Notes: generated by a model not told the origin, from the sequence alone. A DNA stretch of 64,000 bases from Eledone cirrhosa (GCA_964016885.1 OZ024742.1:302746001-302810000), one strand, 5' to 3'. Shown: positions 24,495-35,747, numbered from the stretch's first letter. Numbers and translations: made by a program.

Positions 24495-27400
24495 ATGACC
24501 TCACTCAGAATAGGCAGCATAAATGCGCGTGGCTTGGGGTCGTCATGGAAGCAGGGTCACCTGCTCAACGACCTCAGGTCACTAAACATAGATGTAGTGG
24601 CCATCAGCGAGACCAGAATCTCCGAAGCACGGGCCTTTGCACCGATCTTCGGCGGCTACGATGTGTACGCATCTCCCAGCCGTCCTGGATCGGGTGGAGG
24701 AGTTGCTGTGCTTTTTCGGAGAGGTTTGGATCTCGCCATACGGGCCATCTTCCTGGACCCAGAGGGTAAGCTGGTGGTGCTGGACGTGACCAGCGGAGAC
24801 GGGCAAGCTTTCAGGCTAGTGGCCGTCTATGCCCCGACAGGAGCAGGGCGGCCTGATTTCTTCCGGCGTCTGGAGACCTTTCTTGGAACGTCCCGCTCTT
24901 TAGTGTTAGTGGCCGACTGGAACGGGATCTTAGATGCACGCTGGGACTGTGTGGGATTAGCGGATAGGGGTGGAGGGTGCAAGAGCCTCACCAACCTGCT
25001 CAGGCGTTTTGAACTGTCTGACAGGTACCGATTGGATTTCCCGAATGTGCCAATGTGGACTTGGACAAACCGCATAGGGTCATCCAGATCATATCTAGAT
25101 AGAGTATTTTGTAGGGAAATAGATAGGTCTAGCATAGGCTGTCCACAATTCAAGATAGTCAGCTACACGGACCACAAATTCGTGATCTGTGTGCTTGACT
25201 TAGATAGGCTTCATAGACGAGGACCCGGCTACTGGAAGCTAAACGCGTCCTTACCAGCGCGCAAGGCCTACAGAGACCGGATTAGCGAACTAGTTAAGCG
25301 GGCGTTGACGGGGGCCATCGTCAACAACAAGTGGTGGTTTGCTCTGAAAAGAGCAATTAGAATAGAATCGATTAGGTTTAGTAAGGCTTTAGCAATAGAG
25401 AAAAATAGAGCAGAGGGAGAACTAGTTAGAAAATTAGACGAGGCGCTTAGCAAAGGCATTGCGACCGACGTGCTTGCGGCGAAATTGGCCCTTGACCAAT
25501 TCTTCAATGCAAAGCACGAAGGCTGCGTTGTCAGAGCTAGCGTGCGTGCTCTCAGACACGAGGGGACGAAATCCGTTCAATGGGCCCGAGTGGCGGAGGC
25601 GCGTCGTGGCAACAAAGCCACGATCCGGTCTTTGGTGGACCACGACGGGCGCATGCTACTCGATCCCGGGCAAATGTGTGAAGCTTTTCAGCGACACTTC
25701 GCTCAGCTGTTCGGGGGCAGCGGGGGGCCGGGTAGAGGGATGGACTTTAGTGTCTACCTCGACGGACTGCCGCGGCTCTCGGCCACTGAGGCGAAGTGTT
25801 GCGAAAAGCCGATAACAGCCGCTGAAGTACGGGAGGCAATGACTGGCTGCACAAGGGGTAAATCGCCTGGTTTGGATGGTCTGCCCTATGAACTTTACGT
25901 ACAGATGCCAGACTTGTTCGGAGGCTTCTTGGCGGACGTCTACTGCAACTGGCAACAGAACGGGAGAATTCCCAGTTCTGTGAGCCGAGGAGCGGTGGCA
26001 CTGCTGAGAAAGGATCCGAACAAGGGGGATAACATAGACAATTTCCGGCCCATAACTCTGCTAAACACAGAGTTTAAGATTTTGGCCAAGGTGCTAGCAA
26101 AGAGGTTGGCGCTTGTCGTTGGTGGTCTGGTGGGAGAGGCGCAGACATGCGCCATTCCCGACAGATCCATCCACGACAACCTCCACCTCATGCGATACAT
26201 CGTAGAGAGGGTAGCTAGGGAACCTGGCACGGGTGGATCCTTGATCAATTTAGATCAGTCGAAAGCTTTCGATAGGGTCGACCATCGTTACCTAGCGGCA
26301 GTCCTGAGGGCAGCTGGCTTTGGGCCCGTCTTCAGAGGCTGGATCGCTGCCATGCACAGCGACATCTGCTCTGTGGTGAGAGTGAACGGTCACCTGTCGG
26401 AACCGTTCAACATCATGCGCTCGGTCCGCCAAGGATGTCCCCTCTCGTCCCTCTTGTACGTATTGACTCTCGAGCCATTACTGCACAAACTGGAGACGTT
26501 GAGGGGAGTCCCGCGCGAACTAGGATGCGGAAGATCCGTGTCAGCATATGCGGACGATGTCACCGTAGTGGTGTCGAACGCCAAACACATCGAGGCGATC
26601 GGCACTACACTAAGAGAATACGAAGCGGTGACAGGAGCAATGATCAACCAGGAAAAGTCAGTGGGCCTGCAGCTCGGCACCTGGAGAGGCAGGTCCATGC
26701 CGTCCAACAGCGTCGTCGGGCGCTGGACGGACGGACCGGTTAAATTGCTAGGGGTCTGGTTCGGTCCGGACCTCCAGACGGACAAAAACTGGGACGAGGT
26801 GACGAGCAGAGTGGCTTCTCTCACCCAGAAATGGGCGGAGAGGAAGCTATCCCTGAAAGGTCGAGCGGAGGTGGCTAACGCGTACATCGCGTCTGTCATC
26901 TGCTACCGCCTAACCGTCGTACCTTGTCCTAAGCCTCGCCTGACTGCGCTGGAGCGTTTGCTCTTTCGCTTTTTGTGGAAGGGACGTGCTCCGATGGTCA
27001 GGCGGTCCATCTGTTGTCAACACCCGCTACGTGGAGGGCTGGGCATGCCGTGGCTGATGATGCGCAGGTACGCGCTCAGGCTACGACATCTCCACCTCTT
27101 CCTCGACGGTGATCAGGTGTGGTCGCCGTTTGCTAGACGCGTTTTTCCCCAGCTCGTTTCCTTGACGGAGCTGCAGTCCTGGGTCAAGCGAAGACCGAGA
27201 GGGAGCGCCTGGAGACTGGAATGTCTTCAGGCGCTCACAGCCCTCGACCAATCGGGCAATGTGATCGGTGGAAACTCCACCTCGGCGTTCTATAGAGGAT
27301 TAGTGGAGGGGAAGAGCGACGACGTACTTGGGGAAACTCTAGGCGTCGACGAAAATCAACTAGCCAATCTCTTCGGAAGAACTTTCGGGCCAGGGCCTAT

Positions 27401-27914
27401 GGACAACTTCCAGAAATCTCTGGCCTGGCAGTGCTACCGAGGAGCCTTGCCAGTTCGGGATAAACTCTACAGGCATGGAGGTGCCGTCAGCCGGGCATGT
27501 CCGAGATGCGCGCAGGGCGACGAAACCGTCCTGCACGCACTCGTCCAGTGTCCGAAAATTGCTGACTTGTGGGTTTATGTCGAACACCTGCTGTCGCGTT
27601 TAGGACGGATCCAGCTATCATCTGAGTCTATCGTGAGGATTGCCCCGCCCTCCTCCTTTAGCCGGGAAGGGCAGGCAGTTTTTATCTGTCTGGTGGCCAT
27701 GGCGAAAGAGATAGTATGGTGGACACGTTTGAAAGGGCTGAAGACGAGCACTTACCTCTTCGGTGATGCTCTGATTGACTTTTTCAAATTTCATTTGAAA
27801 AGGAAAATCAGAGTAGAGAAGGAAGTGCTCTCTTCCCAGCATTTTGTTGAAAGATGGGTGAGAGAAGCAAGAATGGCCCGAGTGAATGGGCCGACTCTGA
27901 GTATATATCTGTAA
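24495..27914 (+). CDS. Tx1/L1-type ORF2 polyprotein: APE endonuclease, reverse transcriptase and C-terminal CCHC zinc-binding region
   Basis: 1139 aa with SINARG, ISETR, ADWN, YLDRVF, TDH; KSPGLDG, FRPITLLN, LDQSKAFD, QGCPLS, YADD; CPRC...ETVLHALVQC. Confidence 0.97.
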   Translation: MTSLRIGSINARGLGSSWKQGHLLNDLRSLNIDVVAISETRISEARAFAPIFGGYDVYASPSRPGSGGGVAVLFRRGLDLAIRAIFLDPEGKLVVLDVTSGDGQAFRLVAVYAPTGAGRPDFFRRLETFLGTSRSLVLVADWNGILDARWDCVGLADRGGGCKSLTNLLRRFELSDRYRLDFPNVPMWTWTNRIGSSRSYLDRVFCREIDRSSIGCPQFKIVSYTDHKFVICVLDLDRLHRRGPGYWKLNASLPARKAYRDRISELVKRALTGAIVNNKWWFALKRAIRIESIRFSKALAIEKNRAEGELVRKLDEALSKGIATDVLAAKLALDQFFNAKHEGCVVRASVRALRHEGTKSVQWARVAEARRGNKATIRSLVDHDGRMLLDPGQMCEAFQRHFAQLFGGSGGPGRGMDFSVYLDGLPRLSATEAKCCEKPITAAEVREAMTGCTRGKSPGLDGLPYELYVQMPDLFGGFLADVYCNWQQNGRIPSSVSRGAVALLRKDPNKGDNIDNFRPITLLNTEFKILAKVLAKRLALVVGGLVGEAQTCAIPDRSIHDNLHLMRYIVERVAREPGTGGSLINLDQSKAFDRVDHRYLAAVLRAAGFGPVFRGWIAAMHSDICSVVRVNGHLSEPFNIMRSVRQGCPLSSLLYVLTLEPLLHKLETLRGVPRELGCGRSVSAYADDVTVVVSNAKHIEAIGTTLREYEAVTGAMINQEKSVGLQLGTWRGRSMPSNSVVGRWTDGPVKLLGVWFGPDLQTDKNWDEVTSRVASLTQKWAERKLSLKGRAEVANAYIASVICYRLTVVPCPKPRLTALERLLFRFLWKGRAPMVRRSICCQHPLRGGLGMPWLMMRRYALRLRHLHLFLDGDQVWSPFARRVFPQLVSLTELQSWVKRRPRGSAWRLECLQALTALDQSGNVIGGNSTSAFYRGLVEGKSDDVLGETLGVDENQLANLFGRTFGPGPMDNFQKSLAWQCYRGALPVRDKLYRHGGAVSRACPRCAQGDETVLHALVQCPKIADLWVYVEHLLSRLGRIQLSSESIVRIAPPSSFSREGQAVFICLVAMAKEIVWWTRLKGLKTSTYLFGDALIDFFKFHLKRKIRVEKEVLSSQHFVERWVREARMARVNGPTLSIYL

Positions 27915-28174
27915 ACTAAAGGTGGAAAACTGGGAGAGGGCACTTGCCTTGGTGGTCAGGGTCATTGTGGCTTTTCACTGGGCTTTCTCCACAAATGTCC
28001 CTCCGAAGTCTCCCCCCTATTGGGGAATTTTTCATTGTTATTTTCATTGTTATTTTTGTTACATCCTCTGTTTTTGTTTTTTTACACGCAGAAATGCCCA
28101 TTTGTACCGTCCTGCATTGTCCTGCACTGTCCTTAATGTCTACTTTATGTAAACCCTTGTGGTTAATAAAGAAA

Positions 28175-28225
<51 letters not shown>

Positions 28226-28454
28226 CTGTAAAACTCGTTCTGCCGACGACATATTTAACGTAAAGTATGTTCATGCCATAAGAGAAAAGCAAGTATCTGC
28301 GGCACAATTATCCCTCTTAAAGCCATAGTCATCCTACCTACAAACAAAGCCCCATTAGCAACTGAAGGAAAACAGGCAAAAATGAAGAAGTGAAAGAAAG
28401 AACGAATGAAGGATAGGAATTCTCTTAAAATGGTAAAAATTATATATATATATC

Positions 28455-28706
28455 ACCTTGACCGACTAGTCTGTCGGGCGTTAATTCGGCGTGGCACGTC
28501 GTGCTGTTTTAGCCATAAGATAACGCCATCCCACTGGCTGGGCGGGCAGGCCGGCACCTCTTCATCTCATTTCTACACCTGAGCAAACTGGATCAACGTG
28601 AAATAAAGTGTCTTGTTCAAGGAAACAACACATCACCCGATCCGAGAATTGAACTCACAACCTTTCGATTGCAAGCCCAATGCTCTAACCAATAAGCCAT
28701 GCGCCT
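28455..28706 (-). mobile_element. tRNA-derived SINE, second family (CORE-like)
   Basis: Minus strand has GGCGCATGGCTTATTGGTTAGAGC...GAGTTCAATTCTC, then CCTTGAACAAGACACTTTATTTCAC. Relatives are at 46340-46528 and 50630-50765. Confidence 0.8.
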
Positions 28707-28742
28707 TCACACACACACACACACACACACGCACACACACAT

Positions 28743-28785
<43 letters not shown>

Positions 28786-28869
28786 AAACTTCGACTGGAA
28801 CAAAAACGAATAGGCAGTACAAACAAAAGTTTGTTAGGTAGCGAGAGAGATATATTACATATATATGGC

Positions 28870-28899
<30 letters not shown>

Positions 28900-28910
<11 letters not shown>

Positions 28911-29700
28911 TAAAAGAGAAAACACAGGTAAGCATTAAGAGAAGGATTTTATCCAGGTATTTACGACCGTTTCATTGTTAAGTGCAACCTTATATTGCTA
29001 TACAAATAGCAGCCACTCAATTATAATTGTTGATCACAGTCCAAATTTTCAAAATAGTGAGTAAGTTACTCTTGAAATAATTCTTAATATATAGAGAAAA
29101 ACATTTATTTGGAATTGTATTTACTAGTATAGAGAGAGAGGAATCAGAAGGTGAGGGGACAAACGGAATAGTATAGAGAGAGAGAGGAAGGGGGAAGAGT
29201 TAGGAAGTAGAGTGACAAACTGAGATGGAGGGAGGGGTAGAGGTGGAAGGATTCCTTGGTCAGTTTTGATAGCAGACTTCATGTCGTGGAATGTAGTGAG
29301 TTAAAGAGAATTAAATTGATCATAGTGGGAGGGATGGATAGAAAGGGAGAGAGGGGGGGGGGAATACAAAGCGATAAATATATATATATATATATAAAAA
29401 ATAAAGATAAAGATAATAATGACAAAAATAAAAGCAAAGAAGGGGGTAAGAAAGAAGAAAAGAAATGATAGCCAAGAAGGGGAGGGAAGGAAGAAAACGA
29501 AGAAATAGAAGAGGAATGAGAGAGAAGAGGGGGATATATGTATTGGTTTTGTGGGTAATTAAAGGGTTTAGATACAACAAGAGGGTATAAAGTCTAAGTA
29601 TATGCAGTTTGTCAGTTGGTAGTAAGAGGTTAAGGGTTCGATTTGTAGTGCGAAAACTTCTCTTTGAGTCTATGGTTACAATAAATTGATCACTAGATGG
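28900..29700 (-). mobile_element. Probable decayed PLE 3' end or pLTR
   Basis: KLHILRLYTLLLYLNPLI resembles a GIY-YIG C-terminus. A hammerhead 3' half (GAAACGGTC) lies near 28965, and the region is flanked by (TA)n. Confidence 0.4.
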
Positions 29701-29705
29701 AAAAC

Positions 29706-29754
<49 letters not shown>

Positions 29755-29756
<2 letters not shown>

Positions 29757-30020
29757 AAACGGAAATAACAAAGCAAATGACACAGCACAACGAAGAAATA
29801 GGAAAAGCGTCTCGACGTTTCAGACAGTAGTCCTTCACTGGAAGATAGAATGAAAAATGTAGGGTGAAATTTGTTTCTTTAACCGTCATCGCAGGTGCTA
29901 AACCCTCTTGGATTTTAAGACGAACATAAGCTAAAATCTTATTTGCATACAGAGCAAACGCTGGCGAGCTCTAATTACTGTGATGTAGTGATGCTCTGAT
30001 ATAGCGTGAGTAAGATGTGA
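29755..30020 (-). mobile_element. PLE GIY-YIG 3' remnant and pLTR with a degenerate hammerhead-like motif (29810-29845)
   Basis: Minus strand gives LTHAISEHH...KIQEGLA. The motif TCTT-CCAGTGA-aGGAC tact GTCT-GAAAC-GTC-GAGA has a non-canonical core. Confidence 0.5.
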
Positions 30021-30117
30021 CTAGGGATGGACACTGGGGTGTAGATGGAAAGAAAGAAATAGAATTAAACGCATCTTTCCCGCCTGATACCAATCGCGAA
30101 CGATTGGTATCAGGCAT

Positions 30118-30305
30118 CTTCTTCTTCTTCTTCTTCTTCTTCTTCTTCTTCTTCTTCTTCTTCTTCTTCTTCTTCTTCTTCTTCTTCTTCTTCTTCTTCT
30201 TCTTCTTCTTCTTCTTCTTCTTCTTCTTCTTCTTCTTCTTCTTCTTCTTCTTCTTCTTCTTCTTCTTCTTCTTCTTCTTCTTCTTCTTCTTCTTCTTCTT
30301 CTTCA
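30118..30305. repeat. Pure (CTT)n trinucleotide tract of about 190 bp
   Basis: Read directly from the sequence. Confidence 0.98.
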
Positions 30306-30700
30306 GGTACGTGGATGATATTCTGATGTTCACTTTATGGCGCGAAGCAGCGATCAAAATTTACGTCTTCGAAAACGTAGACACCCACGTCAACTTTGAA
30401 ACTGAGCATCCGGATACCACTCGATTTCTCTCCCTACTCGACTGCTTAGTTGAGAATCACAGGGAAGGGATTTATATACACCAAATTCTACAGGAAAGGT
30501 ACCTACAATGAGATCTTTGTACAACACGATTCTGTTCTTCCCTACTGAGCCAAAACAGTTTAGGTACGGAATGAGATCTCCCAGATATGCAACATATGCT
30601 GCTAAGAGGGCAACAAACTCACCAACAATCAAGCATTCGAAAGAGTACTTACCGCGAACGGCTACGCAACTACTTTCATATGTTGTTTACATATAATGAG
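30303..30700 (+). mobile_element. Penelope-like RT fragment
   Basis: FRYVDDILMF...FENVDTHVNFETEH...LSLLD matches PLE RT motifs 5-7, then decays. Confidence 0.8.
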
Positions 30701-31271
30701 CAATTTTGGCTTTCTATGACGGACGGAAAAAGGTGCCAGAGACATATAACGCTTTAACTCTTTATTTCTTTCCTTCTCACCCCTCTTCATCACTACTGCC
30801 ACAACTGCTACTACTTCCGCTCTCATCTCACCTGCTGATGCTGCTTTCATCAGGGTACGAGACTGCCTCTTTTTCTGAATGCCGCGGCCCAGAGGAGAGC
30901 AGACACGTTTCTACTGCTCTCTTGTTTTATTTTCTCTAACGATACGCGTCACACCAACAGGAAAGCTGATGAGGTTCCGATGCTATGGTCCTTTCTTTTA
31001 TGTCTTCCAGCTTTACTTTCTCTACTCATTCCGATTCTTACGTCCCCATTTGAACAAAAATACTATATCACTCCTCTTATTCTCTCTCCCCCTTTCTCAT
31101 TACTCGACATATTTTACACGTTCTATCCGTTTTGCACTCTCTCTTGCTCCCTCCTAATATATTTCTCTCTCTCTCTCTCCTTCTTCTTCTCTGACCACTC
31201 GTCCGTTCATTAACAAGTTTTCTTTAACCCGATTCTTTGCTGTGACCAGCGTAGCAGTTGGCTGTTTTACA

Positions 31272-32183
31272 TCTATATATATAAAATTGAGGTTATCTGT
31301 CTGTCTGTCTACTAAAACGGCCGGCACACATCTCCTCCTAAACCGTACGTTCAAATTTCGGTGAAATTGCTACACTTATAGATGAAGGTCCGGCGGAGAC
31401 ATCGGTCAAAAAGATTTTCAAATCGACCCACGCCAAGTGCAAAAATCGAATTTGTAATGTATTGATTTTTCAGTTCAAATGTATAAATAGAGATGAGAGA
31501 CGAGTTATTTCCCCTTTATGGCGTCATTTGCTTATCTATTTATGTTACGTATAAACGACGCGTGCAAAAATACAAAAATATACAAACAACTTTCGAGCCA
31601 ACCAAATTTTAACCTGCAAAATTCATGAGTTCAAAATTTCAACAAGCTTCCATTTTGCTTCATTTCCATTAAAAAGTCTTTTAAAACAATATTTTTACTT
31701 GAAAACAAGCCTATTTCAATACACCGTAAAACAAGGAAATATTTTGTAAAAGAAGCATTCATCTCGAATAAAGCCGGATGAGATTTTCATTTAGATGCAA
31801 TGATTTTAAACGACAGACAGATAACGCATTTTTTTGTTTGTTTTTATGTCCATCCAATTTCTTTGTTTCAAAATAACTGACAGTTTGGTTACGCTGATGT
31901 TTTTCTCTGAGACAAGTGTTGTAGTGTTTACATTTTCGATTTGTTAATAGATTACCAGTGCAGTCTTTATCCCCAGCATCCTCTTTTGTTTTAACATTCG
32001 AGTTATGGTTATGTTTTCTTAACTTCATAAGGCATACTGTTGGTTGAGGGAATATTAATCAAAAGTACCACATGAAAGTCTACACTGTAGACTCTACAGT
32101 TTTTAAGCCAAGAAAGGAACTTAACATTGTAACTTTAACACAGCTACTGAGCAGCCCCGAGCAACGCTGGGCTTTACTGGTAG
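31272..32183 (+). mobile_element. Non-autonomous Helitron
   Basis: 5' A|TCTATATATATAAAA..TCTGTCTGTCTG. A 3' subterminal hairpin CCCGAGCAACGCTGGG is followed by GTAG|T (a CTAG variant). No TSD. Confidence 0.7.
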
Positions 32184-32286
32184 TATAATATATATATTTT
32201 ATATACACACCTATTATGCTTAAACGCTGGCTTAGTGCTACTGCCGATTGATTATATATATGGATATATATATATATATATATATA

Positions 32287-32369
32287 TTATACTAAGGTAT
32301 ATCCTAATGTTTGTTGAGTGAGACGGAAGCCGGTCGGTGTATTGCTTAAAGCTTTCTCTGTTAATGTAT

Positions 32370-32375
<6 letters not shown>
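32287..32375. repeat. Dispersed module of about 90 bp next to (TA)n, with a second copy at 60805-60893
   Basis: Near-identical sequence tatactaaggtatatcc...gacggaagccggtcgg...aatgtattaaa. Confidence 0.85.
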
Positions 32376-32453
<78 letters not shown>

Positions 32454-32497
32454 AGACGTAAAATAAGAACATTATAAAATTAACTTACTAAAATATC

Positions 32498-32580
32498 ACT
32501 TCCAACTAATTAGTTTCTGGAATGGAGTAAATATATTTTCCGAAGAATAATATATAGAAGCATTCCGTCGTCAGGAAAGT
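32498..32580 (-). ncRNA. Type I hammerhead ribozyme
   Basis: Minus strand reads ACTTTC-CTGACGA-cGGAATG...CATTCCa-GAAA-CTAATTAG-TT-GGAAGT, with a GUU site. The module is flanked by (TA)n. Confidence 0.75.
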
Positions 32581-32600
32581 CTATTCTCATGTAAGTTTCC

Positions 32601-32666
<66 letters not shown>

Positions 32667-32831
32667 TGTATATATATAAATATAAACACATATAAATATT
32701 TATATACATGCATAAATATACATATATACACAAACACGCATGTGTATATACTAATATTTGTATATATATATATATATCAGATATGTTTTCAAATAAAACA
32801 GTTGTAGTCCTGCAGAAATCATATCTATACG

Positions 32832-32917
<86 letters not shown>

Positions 32918-33229
32918 TGTGTGTGTGTGTCTGTGTTTATATCCTCACACAAATCAAAATCAATATATGATGTAGAAAATGAATAAGTAAGCATACGCTT
33001 GACTATGTGTGGGCAGCGTTGCTGTTTTGTTTTCTTATTTGTTGTTGCAAATATACGGTTGGACGGCCAGACATTGTGTATGGTATCTAGAAGAAGCTGG
33101 AAGCAAAACAAGGATGTAGCTATGTAATGGATGCATTGAAGCCGGCAGAGATTAAATGCTATAAGCAATTCCACAACGACTAGCTCGACCTATTGGAAGT
33201 TTTCCTGGAAGCTATAACAATATGTGGAA

Positions 33230-34260
33230 GAAAGTGTGGAAAAGAAAGGAAAGAAGAATGAAATAAAGAAATAAAGAGAGGAAGAATGAAAGGAAGAAAG
33301 AAAGAAGGAAATAAAAATGAAAAATGCAAAAGTAATTATTTACGAAGAAATACTACGGAATATATTTTTATGGTGGTCGAAAGAAAAGGGGAGACATTGG
33401 GGAAGGGCTGAATGAAGGAAAGTAGGAAGAATGGATGAATATGGATAGAACAAACGGCAAAGAAAGAAAGAATGAAAATGTGAGAAAGAAAGAATGTGAG
33501 AAGGAAAAGCGAGCGAGGAAAAGAAACCAATAACTAAATAGCGAAAGTGTTAAAAGTGAATGAAGAAAACCATTGAAGATAGAGAGATATGAAGGTGGAG
33601 AGTAGGAAAACAAAGGAATGAATAAGGAAATGAATGAAATGAAGCAATGTTTGTGTTTCAATGTTAATTCTTCTATATTTTGTCTTCTTTCAACCTTTCC
33701 ATAAATATATGAAATGAAGGAAAGTGAGGTAAAATAGTGAAAAACCTATATAGGATGAACGGTCAAAAGACAAAAGGAAGGAAAATATTATTTAAAGGAT
33801 GGAGAAAATTTAAGAATGAAAGAAGAAAGGAAAGCAAGCAAGAAAGAAAGAAAGAAGCAAAGAAAACAACCAGACAAAAAACAAAAAAAAAAAACATACA
33901 AACAGACAAAGTAAAAAAGAAAGAAACACAGAAAGAATGAATGAACGAATGAGGTAAATAAAGATGAAAAAGACAAACAAACAGAATAAAAGAGAAAGAA
34001 AGCAGGAATAAAACGAAGAAAGAAGGAAAAAAGAAAGAAAGAAGCAAAAGGTAGAAAGAAGAAAATAAAGAGGTTGAAAGAAAGACCGAAAAAAGGTATA
34101 ATAAAAAATAAAGAGAGAAAGAAGAGAGAAAGATAAGCGGAAGAAAAAGAAACATATGAAACAGGAAAACGAGTTAGGACAGGATAGCAAGGAAGGACGG
34201 CAAAACACGATTGGAGGAAAAATTATAATAAACGAAATGATAAATGAAATACTGGTAGAA
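33230..34260. repeat. Purine-rich (GAAA-like) low-complexity region
   Basis: Read directly from the sequence. Confidence 0.85.
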
Positions 34261-34397
34261 ATGGCGTAACATAGTTTAGAGAATAGATTTAATATATATG
34301 TAAATATATAAAACAAATTAAGATGATAGAAATAAGTTTTTACATAGTTTAATTCTTACAATTCTTTCACACATATATATATATTTAATATAGAAAT

Positions 34398-34448
34398 GGC
34401 TTTTACAGGACTAGAACTGTTTCTTTCAGGAGAAATTATCAGGAAGCC
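34398..34448 (-). ncRNA. Hammerhead of the 9912 family with a G8-to-A change (probably impaired), abutting an inverted stub at 34449-34474
   Basis: Minus strand reads GGCTTC-CTGATAA-TTTC tcct GAAA-GAAA-CAG ttctagtc CTG-TA-AAAGCC. Confidence 0.6.
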
Positions 34449-34472
34449 CTGAGGATTTCTCCCGAATGTAAC

Positions 34473-34538
<66 letters not shown>

Positions 34539-34589
34539 ATTAAGTCAAATATGTAAAATTTGGCTTCGTTTATTATAAATTATAGATAT

Positions 34590-34644
34590 ACTGCTATATA
34601 TATTTCGGTGACAGCCATCATTGGCTGTGACCTCTTCAGGCAGT
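34590..34644 (-). ncRNA. Minimal type I hammerhead ribozyme
   Basis: Minus strand reads ACTGC-CTGAAGA-GGTcACAGCCA atga TGGCTGTcACC-GAAA-TATATA-TA-GCAGT, with a palindromic loop 3. Confidence 0.8.
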
Positions 34645-34712
34645 CCGAATTGGTGTGGAAAGACAGGTACACATGTTGTTGAAGTGTGTTTTACTCCGTC
34701 AATACAACGATA

Positions 34713-34758
<46 letters not shown>

Positions 34759-35430
34759 TCACAAGAATCAAAGCTATGTTCAAAGCATTTATTCACTTAC
34801 AATTGTTTCATCCAAACCTAGGCTTGGTGTCTTCGGAGCATTTTTCAATGTTTGTACACATAATTGACCTCCTTTCCAACGCAAGAGACATACAGATACA
34901 TATATATATTGATGTACAGTGGAGTGACATATATTATACTATACTATTTAAATACAGCAATTCAAATTCAAAATCAAAATCAAAATCAAAATTAAAATCA
35001 AAATCAAAATTAAAATACATTCGGCAGATAATACAGATAATGCAAGAGGATAGTTTGATAGTCAGATCTAGTAGGTAGTGTATGCGTTAGTTACACATGG
35101 AGCATGAAAGTGTGTCTCATTTTTATATATAACTGCTCTGTAGAACAACTGATGCTATTACATTGAGCTATTTATCTTACTGGTAATAAGGTAGTAATAA
35201 ATTACTGACCTTCACTGTTTAGGGTTTAAAATATACATAATTGAATGAAAAGAAGTATAGGTTGGGTGACGGTGTAATGGTAACACATTGGTCCGGCAAA
35301 CCAAGGATGTGTGTTCGTGTCCCATGTACGTCAATACTCATCCTTTTTTCCATTCAGGGTTTTTTTTTAAAATCACAACTAACAGACTAATTCTATTTGG
35401 TCAAATACGGCGTAAGCACATGTTACTACC

Positions 35431-35479
<49 letters not shown>

Positions 35480-35622
35480 TGAGGTACATGTGTGTGTATG
35501 TATTGTATGTCTGTATAAGTTTACAGAATGCCTGTGTGTATCATGTCCTCATCAGATAGAGTAAGACGTATTGTTTTATTTTTTTGATATGTTGCTGATT
35601 TCCCGTGTTTACATCACTAATC

Positions 35623-35742
<120 letters not shown>

Positions 35743-35747
35743 CTCTC

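Larger units (their letters stand above)
22239..28225 (+). mobile_element. Full-length Tx1-clade retrotransposon, copy 2 (young)
   Basis: 5'UTR, ORF1, a 34-nt spacer, intact ORF2, a 3'UTR with AATAAA and an (ATT)n tail. Confidence 0.96.

Noticed and set aside
16226-28225. LTR retrotransposon or simple segmental duplication
   Set aside because: There are no LTRs, integrase or protease. The APE-RT layout, unequal decay and a 5'-truncated stub indicate separate LINE insertions.
30966-30990. CTGATGAG hammerhead core
   Set aside because: No stem II, GAAA or stem III follows.
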